A DNA stretch of 63,963 nucleotides, filler included, from Trypethelium eluteriae (Eukaryota): assembly GCA_051942245.1 (NCBI GenBank). It is 5 parts of 5 records of this genome, joined end to end, with 100 filler letters (N's around TTAATTAATTAA, not from the genome) between each part and the next. Parts side by side here need not be neighbours in the genome. Positions count along the whole stretch, not along the records: positions 40,164 to 53,386 come from JAVECL010000740.1; positions 53,487 to 63,963 come from JAVECL010000870.1; 3 more parts are not named here. The stretch is one strand, 5' to 3'. The position numbers and the translations under genes were made by a program. Each line of letters starts with the position of its first letter. Position 1 is the stretch's first letter. Under the pieces are notes generated by a model, which was not told where the DNA came from, made no database searches, and worked only from the letters and a program-made list of their open reading frames with translations. Below, piece after piece: positions 51,046 to 61,611 of the stretch.

Positions 51046-52415
51046 TCAATGGAATTCCTGCTGATGCTGCGGTCCCCTCTCGTCTAGCCTCCGTCTCTCA
51101 CCGGAAATCCTGTATACATCCGCCACTACCGTCTCGTCGGTGTAATCCGAATGCGTCTCATGCCTAATCCTTCCTTCCTCGTTCTCCTCGTAGTCGTCAT
51201 AGTTGTCTCGGTAAATGAAAAACTGCACAAAAACTCCGAGATCTAAAAGCAGGGTTCCAAAACTCCCTATAAGCCACGACAGATTGACCAAGATATATTT
51301 GCCGTACAGTGCAAGGTCTTCTCCCTCACGACACTTGCGATTTTTGCATAAGGCCGTGGGATCATACGCCACAATTGACAGCACGTAGGTAAGATTGCCA
51401 ATGCAGGCAAAGAGGAAGAACAAGATGGATAGTCCCTCCGTCTTCTTCCTCTGATAGTTTTGCCAGAGCTGTGGGAAGCGCGAGACCAGGTAGAGTATGG
51501 CACAGATATAGCCGTAGATTTGGCCTTGGGTATTGAAATACAGTCCGTCGGGTGCTGCATTATCCTCGGGAGGGGAGTCCGATTGCCTTCGCCAGCTCAA
51601 CCACCAGCCCAACACACCCGCGGCACATACGACAAGAACGGCGGCGGTATTAAAGAGCACAGCTTTGATTCGAGAGTGTCGTTCAACGTGAGGCTCTCGT
51701 CTCCGGCCTTCCTCTACTCGGTAGACCTCTTCTGAGCGACCAGCAGTTGAATGATCCCGTGATGCGTGTAAGGGCACAGTCGGTGACAAATGAGAGACGC
51801 CATGGCTTGAAATATTCTCGTGAATTGTAGAGAGTGACCGACTCCGATCCTCGTAATCGTTGAATGAGCTTCGACGATCCCGATCATCTAGATCGCGGAT
51901 GCGGACAGGACTCCGGTTTGGCCGTAGTAAAGGAGAAGTCTCGGAGGATACCGAGCGCTCTGAAGGCGGTTTAGAGCCATCAGTGTCAGTGCCGTTCCCT
52001 GGTACGGTAGAATGACCGTGGGCCTGACGAGCACCCCAGCCTCGATACCAATAGCATTGGGCTACGAGGACAATGTCTGCCAGTGTGTAATAGACTGCGA
52101 GGATGATCTGCGAATGTGTCAGAGTTATTTTGAGCAGCGAGTAAGAAAACCAAATATTTTCTGTTTTCCGACAGTCAGTCAGGCACTTACCATCGTGGCA
52201 AGCACCTCCTGCAGTACTGCCCCAGCGATGTTGAAAACATCTCCCGCTAACCAGATGACGATGAACCAGATGGAGACAGCTTCTGCCGATTTGCGACGGA
52301 AATTCTCTACAATTTGCGGCGTAAAGACGACAACCCAACATGCAATGGAAATGGATCCAAAGATACCGCTAATAGCTTCCACATCCAGATTCAACGCACG
52401 CGATGGAGGGTACAT
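51046..52415 (-). CDS. Vacuolar PQ-loop amino-acid transporter (Ypq1/Rtc2 family), 2 exons
   Basis: ISGIFGSISIACWVVVFTPQIVENFRRKSAEAVS and LYLVSRFPQLWQNYQRKKTEGLS PQ loops; C-terminal WLIGSFGTLLLDLGVFVQF. Confidence 0.92.
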
Positions 52416-52987
52416 ATTTGTGGCAGCGCTTCAGGAAATGACCACGCTGATTGGCATTCAATGCGGAGCGAATGAAAAAACGAGCCAGTGGGAATAACGT
52501 TGCCAGCGTGACTCAGAATGACGTAGACAGTCCATTAAAGGTTGTCGAGAAGGAAGAGATTGGCAAGCATGATTCACAGCGTTGGTAGAAACGTCTTGAG
52601 CAAGAACAATTTCATCATTTCGATCGTTCAATTGGAGGATGAAGAGTCCGCAGCGGAGAAGAAAGTTTGTTCTCTCGGTGAGGGCGATTATGTAATGGCG
52701 ATCTTGTCGGACCTGCAGCTTGACCGGACCGTCGGGAACGAAAATCTGGGGTAAAGAGACAGGGGAAATCGGTGGGGATAATACTTGGGATCTTAAGAAT
52801 ACATACGGTGATACCATGGTACAGCCACGACCAAGACCTAGACATATGCAAACCTAGCTTCGCTTTGCGATCGTAAACTGACACATCTGACACTTTTTAT
52901 GAGACGATGTTTAGCAATCGATTGCATACCGAACCGCTAATTCGTGTAGACTCCAAAGAACGATGCTACATAAGGTAATCTACTCTA

Positions 52988-53386
52988 TTATAATCCATTG
53001 TCCTTTTTGAATTTATCCCACGCCTCATTGAGTGTACTGAATACAGACCCACTAATCATGCGTTGCTCCGTCGTTGCGTCTTGCGAAATCTATGCATTTG
53101 TTAGTACCCTCAAAACAAAAACGTGCAGAAAATAAAACATACCTTATCGGGATGAACCTTCGCAATCGCCTTCATATAAATAATCTTGACCTTATTCGGC
53201 ATCACCAAATCGCTCATCCCCACCTTCTTCCATCCCGCATCAGCCCATAGCACGGAATCCAACGACCCCAGCAACGCCCTCAGATTATCCGCCTTGCCCC
53301 CCTTCCACGCCACCAACTTCGCATCCACCTGATCCGTCAACGCGAACCTCTCATCATCCGCCCTCTCCAACGCCTTATTCTGCTCC
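52988..53386 (-). CDS. SWA2: 3' end of auxilin-like clathrin uncoating factor Swa2 (C-terminal J domain); most of gene in gap
   Basis: WKGGKADNLRALLGSLDSVLW...KVKIIYMKAIAKVHPDK / ISQDATTEQRMISGSVFSTLNEAWDKFKKDNGL*. Confidence 0.85.
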
Positions 53387-53486
53387 NNNNNNNNNNNNNN
53401 NNNNNNNNNNNNNNNNNNNNNNNNNNNNNNTTAATTAATTAANNNNNNNNNNNNNNNNNNNNNNNNNNNNNNNNNNNNNNNNNNNN
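53387..53486. other. Assembly gap
   Basis: N-run with TTAATTAATTAA linker. Confidence 0.98.
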
Positions 53487-54236
53487 GGAGTAGAGAGGTT
53501 GGGAAGAGTTACAGGGATGGAGGGGCGGGGGTCGAGATGGTGATGGGTGTGGATGAGATGAGAGAAAGAGTTGATGAGGAAGAAACTTGGCGAGTGATTC
53601 TGATTGGATCCGAGATGGATTTTTCGAGGTACATTGGGCATTATTGGGCATGCGTTTCCTTATTGTAAGGCGCTCGAGCGAGATTTAGAGGAGCATAGAT
53701 GGGAAGTTGGCGATTGGAGATATTTTGTTGTAGATGGGATGGATGGATAAACGGCCATCTCTGCTCTCCATGTATCGTCCAGCATGGCGTTGGGGGGATT
53801 TCATCATTTATAGCACTTTGAATGATATTTTCAATTGTCTCCCAGATGCATTCGTTGAAAGTTGTAGAGTGTTAGAAAGCAATGTCAAAGCAATTGTCTC
53901 ATGTCAACCGGAAATTTGAAGATGTGTATTCTAAAATAAATGTGGGTATCATTACAAGAAAACAGCACCCACTGAAGGCACTGCCGCTCTGCATATAAGT
54001 AGGACCATCCATGACGGGCTACTCCACCTTCAGTTGCTCGATGTTAGGGTCTTTCCACGTATCGTGTGCTTGCTGCCTCCCCTACTCTTTCCAAGTCTTC
54101 CAAGAGGGAAACTCCTCATTGTGCATGATGATGTCCTTTTGAAGTCCGACATTGTCTCGGTATCCACCATCCATATCTCTGGTCTCCATCCGTAAGCCTG
54201 AATCGCTCCTCTCGCTCCAGGGTCTTGATCGCCTTT

Positions 54237-55154
54237 TCATGCCTCATCTCCGATAGTGCTACTGCCCCCACCCGCTCCCTCGCTCAATACCCTCGTCCCT
54301 ACCACTGTTCCAGCCGCATTCTGGTAGATCATGCTGATAACCGTTAGACCGGGGAACGGATTGTAGTTGTACTCCGACTCCTTGGTCGCCGTTTGCCCAT
54401 TGATTGTCGTTTCAACGGCCTTGCTGAACCCGTTGAATGTCATAGCCGTCTTGTAGTTCCCCACGGTCTTTTGGCCCGTCGCATGGCCGTCATTATCCAG
54501 GCTCTCGTCCACCAAGTCCCCGTTCTGCGCCAGGATGCGGTTCGTGTGCGTGTCCCCTTGGTAGTTGTTTACGCTGTACAGGATGTTATGCATAATATTA
54601 TAGTTCAGACTTCTGGCCGACACAGTGCTGCTGTTGTCAGAGCCAGTCAGCCCGCCCAGCGCGCCGCCGAGCGCCGACCCCGTGGCATTCGTGATGTTAG
54701 TGACAGCACTCCCAAGCGTGGCAAGCAAAGGGTTGAGGTCGAGCGAGTTCATTACGTCGTCGATCATGTTCACGAGGTTCCCCAGACGCGCCTCAAGTAG
54801 CACGTGCGCGTTCACATTCTCGATAAGGAGCTCGACCTCGTCGATGGAAACGTCGACGCCCGCGTTGAAGTTCAGTAGGGAGAGCACCTGCGCCGCAAGG
54901 TTGATCTTAGCTGTGAGGTTCGTCACAGTGAGGTCGATTTCGGAGACGTGAACGGAGGCGTTTAGGAAGACGTCAGGATCTGGGACGCTGGTGGAACCAT
55001 TGTAGGGGGTGCCCGCCGTATCGTAGACAACGCTGCCTTGGTCACCTTCGACGGAACGGGTGTAGCCAAGATAGAGGTCTTCGGATGAGGATTGGGCGGC
55101 AATGAGCGGGATGCTGGAGAAGAGGAGAGGAAGCGTGTAGTAGAGAGCAAACAT
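54237..55154 (-). CDS. Secreted protein of unknown function (paralogue A)
   Basis: Signal peptide MFALYYTLPLLFSSIPLIAA; core PDVFLNASVHVSEIDLTVTNLTAKINLAAQV...NAGVDVSI...RLGNLVNMIDDVMNSLDLNP; intronless. Confidence 0.85.
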   Translation of the reverse strand: MFALYYTLPLLFSSIPLIAAQSSSEDLYLGYTRSVEGDQGSVVYDTAGTPYNGSTSVPDPDVFLNASVHVSEIDLTVTNLTAKINLAAQVLSLLNFNAGVDVSIDEVELLIENVNAHVLLEARLGNLVNMIDDVMNSLDLNPLLATLGSAVTNITNATGSALGGALGGLTGSDNSSTVSARSLNYNIMHNILYSVNNYQGDTHTNRILAQNGDLVDESLDNDGHATGQKTVGNYKTAMTFNGFSKAVETTINGQTATKESEYNYNPFPGLTVISMIYQNAAGTVVGTRVLSEGAGGGSSTIGDEA

Positions 55155-56108
55155 GATGTCGAAGAACAAACGAATGATAGAAAGTAAAGGAGAGATAGAG
55201 GCTTAAGGGAGAAAAGGATCAAATGAGTGAATTGTATCCAAAGAGACACCACAGATGGGAGGAGAAGACGAGTGGGATAAGCCTGAATGCCCTATCAAGT
55301 GGATAATGAGGCAGCAAAAGCAAGTCTATTGATACCACCTTAGTCGGCATATGTCATCGCGGCACGGCATATTGTTTTACAGTTCCCCTGTATAGGCCAG
55401 GATCTAGACTGAGCATAAAGGGGGCGCCACCGGTCAATTGACCTTTTTCTCAACCATGGTCCGCATCGACGATGGTAAAAGGGAGAAAAGCTGGAAAGTT
55501 GGCACTGGTCACAGTTGGCAGAACCAATCATCTCTGTACCAAAGTAGGAGATGGACTGAGATGGACTGGTGTGGAATGGTAAGATTGCGATGGAGTTGCC
55601 CACCACGCCACCGACTAGGATGGCCGTTGCTCGCACACGTTCGCGCATAGGGCGAAGCTTGGACGTAGCCAACGGTCGTACAGGCTCCAAGCTCTCATTT
55701 CTTTGCATCTCTGCCTCTGACTGGCTCGATTTCTGCACCCTTTAGCCGGGCCGATGGCCTTTTTCACGGAAGAAGCAAAATGCCTTCATGCGGGGGCGGC
55801 AGATAAAGACTAATCTGCACATGGGCTCGAGGCGTGATTACTGGCATGAGCGCATCGTGTCAGGGGAGTTTATATTACGGTGAATTCTAAAATATCACTC
55901 TGGTCGTGGACTGTGATGCTACGCGAGGAGCACGTCGTGAGCAGCTTCATCCGTCGTCTTCCGTCTTCTTCTTAACTCAACCTTTCAACAGTCTTTCGTT
56001 TCTCTACGAGTTCAGAACATTGAGGCGCTTCCTTCTCCCACTACCTCACCCTATCCACCGCTTCCATCATTCACTCCTTTTCCTGCGCCTGTTCCAGCTC
56101 TGCCAACA

Positions 56109-56960
56109 ATGGCGTCACACTCGTTTCTTCTTACGCTCCTTACCTACATCCTCCTCACCTTTTCACCCGTCCACGTCGCCTCTCAAACCACCGCAGCTCC
56201 AACAGTAACCTCCTCCACCGTCTCCGCTCGCTCTTCCACCGTACCTAGGGGCAACACGACCGCAGCCACAACGACCGGCAATGCCGCCACCTCCACCGTC
56301 CCCGACGTCTTCCTCAACGTACCCACCCTCTCCGTCGGCAAAATCCAGCTCATCGTCGAAAACCTGCAAGCGGACGTAAACCTGAACGCCGCCGTGGGCA
56401 ACTCGCTGGTCAACATCAACGCGGGCGTACAAGTCGGCATCCAAAAAGTGAACCTCACCATCACCGACGTCGACGTGGAGCTCGAGCTCGTCGTGCGCCT
56501 CGGCAACCTGGTGAACATCGTGAACCGCGTCTTCTCGTCCCTCGACCTCAACCCGATCCTCATCGACGCGGTGAACGGCGTCACGAACCTGCTCGACGAC
56601 GTGGTGGGCGAGGTCGACGGTCTCTTGGGTTCTATCACGCAGGGCGGCAAGACACTGTCGTTCCTCGTCGACAACCTCGGAAACATCGTGCAGCAGCTGC
56701 CCGACGCGGCGGGCAATCTTGTCAATACAATCGTCGGCAACTATGCGCAGAACATGACGTACACGGGCCAGAGCACGAACCTGGGGCAAGGGCTGACGCA
56801 GAAGGTGTACAGCTACAGCCCGCTGAATGCGCTCGTCGATATTGTGTTTAATACGGCCGGGCAGATTGTGCAGGCGACGGTGGCGAAGCAGAGTGGGAGC
56901 TCATCTTCTTCGAGTAGCGCGAGCGCGACGGCGACGGCAACCAGTTCTGCTTCGGCTTAG
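56109..56960 (+). CDS. Secreted protein of unknown function (paralogue B)
   Basis: Signal peptide, Thr-rich linker, core PDVFLNVPTLSVGKIQLIVENLQADVNLNAAV...NAGVQVGI...RLGNLVNIVNRVFSSLDLNP; intronless, C/G-rich third positions. Confidence 0.88.
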   Translation: MASHSFLLTLLTYILLTFSPVHVASQTTAAPTVTSSTVSARSSTVPRGNTTAATTTGNAATSTVPDVFLNVPTLSVGKIQLIVENLQADVNLNAAVGNSLVNINAGVQVGIQKVNLTITDVDVELELVVRLGNLVNIVNRVFSSLDLNPILIDAVNGVTNLLDDVVGEVDGLLGSITQGGKTLSFLVDNLGNIVQQLPDAAGNLVNTIVGNYAQNMTYTGQSTNLGQGLTQKVYSYSPLNALVDIVFNTAGQIVQATVAKQSGSSSSSSSASATATATSSASA

Positions 56961-57122
56961 TTTCTGTGTACCTAATTTGATGCGAGATACCCTCGATTTG
57001 AAAGCAACATTAGTTTTTATGGATGATCCAGGTCCCTTCCGCCCAGCAGCAGTAATGATTTCGTGACTCTATTATGCTTTTTTAGCTCCTATGCCTTCTA
57101 TACCAGCAATCCAAGGATATTT

Positions 57123-58553
57123 TCACTTCGCCCATCGTGGCCTGGCCGTGAACAGCGGTACTGTGCTGTCTTCATTCGGATTTGGTGTCGACGGTGCTTG
57201 CAACTCTTGGACGGATGGTTTCACCGAGTCTACATGAATGAGGTGACGAGAACCGTCATTGATCTCCTTTGGCGGAGCAGGCTGCAGTACACGCGGCTCC
57301 GTCGAAAAGTTCCTTGGCTGATTTCGTGGACGTCCAGGCATCCCTCCTCCTACACTCTGAGGCTTCGGAGGTTGAGGCCGAGCGTATGACTGCTGCGAGT
57401 TCGAGTGTCCTGTGATATTCTGAGGTGGAGTTTGGCTTGTCCCTGGGTGTTGTGTCCCCGGGAGAGGTTGGCTTTGCGGAGGGTATACTGTGGGCCCTTC
57501 AATCGTCCGAGCGGGCGACTTTGGTAGCTTTTCCGTGGGTAGAGAGGGTGGATTGAATGTAGGCACCTTCGGCCTTGGTTCTTGGAAGGCCATGGAGGGT
57601 GTGCGCTGGACGAGATCTCGCCTTGCTCTCGGCTGCACGATCCATACGCTGCCATCACTGTACTGAAATGCTCTGCCCTGGACTTCTTCCGGTGGAGTCG
57701 GTGATCGCTCTTCAGGCTCCCATCTCATCAACAGTGGCAACACCTTCTCTTGTGCAGCTGGTAGCTCTTGACACACTTTCTTGAGCGCGTCTCTGATCTG
57801 CTCATGCGATGCCTCATCAACGGCGCTCTGCAGCCAATTTGGTCCTTCCACGTCATCTGGCAGAGGCTTGTCATGCTCGACATCTGGCTTTGTTTCCACA
57901 TCCTTATGCTTTGCCCGCCACAACTGCCCTGCATTCTTGACATCCATCCGCCCAATATGCTTACACCAGTCCTGCCCTGCATACGCCCGTCGAAACCACC
58001 GCGTTATGGCGGGTGCGCTGTAGCCCTGCGCCGTCATGTGGTGACAGATGTCCTGAAACTTCTTGCTCCGTCTGGCTTGGTCTAGATCGTCAAGGGTGTG
58101 GAATTGATGTACACCGGTGCCTTTGGAGTCGTTGGATATCAACACCCAATCCGCTAGGTCGTCCTCGTTCTTGTGGCCAGTATAGTAGAAGACCAGTCGC
58201 ATTTTCATACCACAGTTTACGGGAACTTCTCGAAACGGTCGATGGCGGATTCCTTCACCTCTGTGCTGTCGAATGGCGGGGATTCGCATGGTGGAATGGC
58301 TGTTCTTGCAGTGATATAGCTCAAGTCGGACGCCATAATGGTCAATGCCACCTTTGCATTGACGCGTCCAGAGATTGGTTACGTAGGGCCAATATCGTTC
58401 GAAGTCGGCACCCGTAAAGCGAATTGGCGTGGTGAGGGTGTATAGACGTACGCGCAGGTCGTCGATAGTAGTGCCTGGAGGGATGGGCACTGAAAGGGGA
58501 GGAATAATGAAATCCTCGCGCGTCAAAGCTGTGTGTTCCGTTAAGATAGACAT
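57123..58553 (-). CDS. Hypothetical protein with possible WRKY/GCM1-like C-C-H-H zinc DNA-binding domain
   Basis: 476 aa ORF; LYHC...NCGMKMRLV...GVHQFHTLDDLD spacing; Pro/Gln-rich C-terminus. Domain call tentative. Confidence 0.6.
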   Translation of the reverse strand: MSILTEHTALTREDFIIPPLSVPIPPGTTIDDLRVRLYTLTTPIRFTGADFERYWPYVTNLWTRQCKGGIDHYGVRLELYHCKNSHSTMRIPAIRQHRGEGIRHRPFREVPVNCGMKMRLVFYYTGHKNEDDLADWVLISNDSKGTGVHQFHTLDDLDQARRSKKFQDICHHMTAQGYSAPAITRWFRRAYAGQDWCKHIGRMDVKNAGQLWRAKHKDVETKPDVEHDKPLPDDVEGPNWLQSAVDEASHEQIRDALKKVCQELPAAQEKVLPLLMRWEPEERSPTPPEEVQGRAFQYSDGSVWIVQPRARRDLVQRTPSMAFQEPRPKVPTFNPPSLPTEKLPKSPARTIEGPTVYPPQSQPLPGTQHPGTSQTPPQNITGHSNSQQSYARPQPPKPQSVGGGMPGRPRNQPRNFSTEPRVLQPAPPKEINDGSRHLIHVDSVKPSVQELQAPSTPNPNEDSTVPLFTARPRWAK

Positions 58554-59910
58554 TGGGACGATCCAATGAGAGAAGCGGGAGCTGTCGGGTACGTATTAGC
58601 TATACTACTGGTCGGAGCTTGAAGCTTGAAGCTTGAAGCTCGAAGCTCGGATCAGGGTACGAAGTAGGCAAACGCGACAGGCACCCCCCAGTCAGGCAAT
58701 TGGCAAGACGACACGACTGTACAATTGTACAATCGTAGGTAATGCACAAGGACGGTGAAGTTCCGTACATACCTGGTATCAATCCATTCGGCAATTTTTG
58801 TGGATCACTGGAATATGTCACTAACTTATCAGAGCTATGTCCAAGTGGTTCTAGCGAGTCGCAAGAATTGGGAAGCACCGGAAGGTTAAGCTTGTCTTAT
58901 TTCAGGCTAAACATCGCTTTCCTTTCAAGACTTCGACTAGACAGGAAAGGATACTTCGGACTGCTCGATATCCAATATAAGGGAACACTTCTATCCAGCG
59001 AAGACGTGCTAGCTATCTGGAATGGCTTCATTTGAGATAGCAGGCTGGATGAAAGTGGCCGATGCATGACCTGCCTGATGCTTTGGAGTGCTCCGGAGGA
59101 ACCAATGAGCCTACATATATGTCCAGCTTCATATTGACTGGGTGGGTTTGCTTTGACTTCGACTGGACTCGGATCCCAAGTCCGGCGAACGGTGGCCGAC
59201 AGCAATGTACGGTATGGCCGAAAGAGCAAATCCAAATGCATAAGAAATGAACGACAAGACAATTTGGAGCACGACGGATACGGATCGCTCGCCTCCATCG
59301 CGGAGGTGGTAGGGCTTCCATCTGATCATGGGATGTGCCATCGTATGCGCCATTTATCCATTGTCTGTAATGGTGAGGAGTTCATTAATGTTTCCGCAAC
59401 CATTCGTTGCAAACGACTAGCAGGGCTTGTCGTTTCATGGCAAAAGCACTAACCCCGACCACACTCTCTATTTTCCGCACCAATTGGCCGTCCCAGTCAG
59501 CATACCCTTGATTCATTTAAATAGCAATTCCTGGAAGAGTATAAAAGTCAGCGCTTCCGAGACGTTAGGGTGTGCGTTGGCGAACTTACATCGCCCATGA
59601 GTGGCTGTATAGGTGGCAAACGTCCAACACTATTCCTTGCCCGTTTCAAGTACAATATCTTTCTTTGCTCGAAGCGATACTATCCTGTCCGGCTGAGCCC
59701 TTTACCCATATTCACATTTATCGGCGGCAATGATAGCCCCACCTGTCTCATCCAGATGACCAAGATCCCCTGGTAACAGAGGTAGATATAAAATGCTTAC
59801 TCCAGGCTTCGATGGTTCCTCACCCAGCCTTCGCTACAGCCTTCGCTCGTTTCTGCAGTCATTCTTTTCATTCGATTTAACGTGTCTGATCACGCTCTAT
59901 ACTCAACAAA

Positions 59911-60663
59911 ATGAAGTACGCTGGAAGCCTTCTTGCATTCGCCGCAGGCCTTGCCTCTGCCCATTACAACTTCCCTGACCTTTTCTCCAACGGCGCATTG
60001 TCCAGCGACTGGCAGTATGTCCGCGAGACGACCAACTTCCAGAGCAATGGCCCGGTCACAGATGTGACAAGTGACCAGATCCGCTGCTACGAGCTCGCTG
60101 GGCGTCCACAGGCCAACACTTCTACCGTCAAAGCCGGCTCTACTATCGGCTTCAAGGCTGATAACGTTGTCACCCATCCTGGTCCCATCCAGTTCTATAT
60201 GGCGAAGGTTCCTTCAGGCCAAACGGCCGCAACCTTTGATGGCTCTGGCTCAGTCTGGTTCAAGATCCACACCGAGGAACCCACTATTGACAGCACTGGC
60301 TTGGTCTGGGCCAGCACCAGTAAGACTCATTCCAAACATCTTATCACTGTGGGAAGATAATCTAATTTTGAGCGATCAGATCAACAAGAATTCCAGGTGC
60401 CAATCCCGGCTGCTACTCCTTCCGGCGACTACCTCGTTCGTATCGAGCATATTGCTCTGCACCAGGCTCAAAGCCAAGGCGGCGCTCAATTTTATCTTGC
60501 CTGCGGACAATTGACTGTCACCAACGGTGGTAGCGGCTCGCCCGGCCCTAAGATTGCGTTCCCAGGTGGATACTCTGCCACTGACCCTGGCATTCTGATC
60601 AACATCTACTACCCCGTCCCAACCAGCTACACTCCTCCAGGTCCCGCCGTCTGGTCGGGCTAG
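59911..60663 (+). CDS. AA9 (GH61) lytic polysaccharide monooxygenase, 2 exons (intron 60320-60379)
   Basis: Signal peptide ending ASA then His1 (HYNF); HPGP second His; [28 protein letters not shown]; no CBM1. Confidence 0.96.
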
Positions 60664-61611
60664 AGAGACTATCGCATTGGCTGGTGTTGTTGAGTGCGGG
60701 CGACCAGGGCCTGCAAGTACCCAGAAATTACATTCACTGTGCATAACTTGCTTCCATTCTCTTGGGCGTCTTGGATTAAGGGACGATGAAGGATGTCACT
60801 ATATACGGGCCTCAAACCTTAGACTACTAAGAATGTATATGATTTGACATGACCATATTCCCTTGAGCTTGACATGCCAAAGCGAACGCTGTCCAGATAC
60901 GCCCATCAAGCTCGAGAGTTCTGAATGGAATATTGATTACAGTCCGAAAATGCTGGTCATCCATGATGCACGAGTCTTATCGGCTTGACCGAACTCATCA
61001 ACTCAGCATCTCGAACACCCAGTCATGAAAGCAGATTATGTGGGGGAACAGCTTACCAAGCTTAGAATTGAGGTCAGGTTTCCCGCTTCCAGGCTGCGGC
61101 TGATGTCCGGGAACTCAGACGACTTTTGCAAAAATGCACGTATTTTTTTGGACTGAGGATCGTTGAACATCTCTAACAAAAGCCTCATACGTAGGCAGGT
61201 CCGTACTATTATAAGCTTAAAAGGAGGCACGATCATAGTGCCGGTCTCGGCTCTCAACCACGGACCTGCACGAGCGTTGCGAACGCCTTGAGATCGGCAT
61301 CACTCTAGTCAGCAAGGCATTCTTAGCGGTGGACAATTCCACGCCGAAGTGGTCCTTTCCCAGGAAATTCTTTCCTTACCATCCTTACCATCTACCCGCT
61401 CCCCGCACGACCTCACTTTCGTGGGGTAGCGGTTCCTGTAGATCTTTTGAAAGCTGCACCCGCGCACCCGTGGTGACGCGCTCTCGTATGAGCATGCACA
61501 AAAAATTGCAGAAATGTAGAAGTAGAAAATCCGGCATGGGTACATAACAGCTAAGTCGCCATCGGCACATTTCTTTCATCCTTCCCTTCCTTGCTATCGA
61601 GAAAGTCCACG

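Noticed and set aside
53487..53651. Short minus ORFs running into the gap as SWA2 N-terminus
   Set aside because: Pyrimidine-rich low-complexity sequence, more like 5' UTR or promoter; no Swa2 similarity recognisable.
56163..56789. Long antisense ORFs over paralogue B (likewise over GH, coronin, SCJ1)
   Set aside because: Expected shadow ORFs of GC3-rich coding sequence; no motifs.
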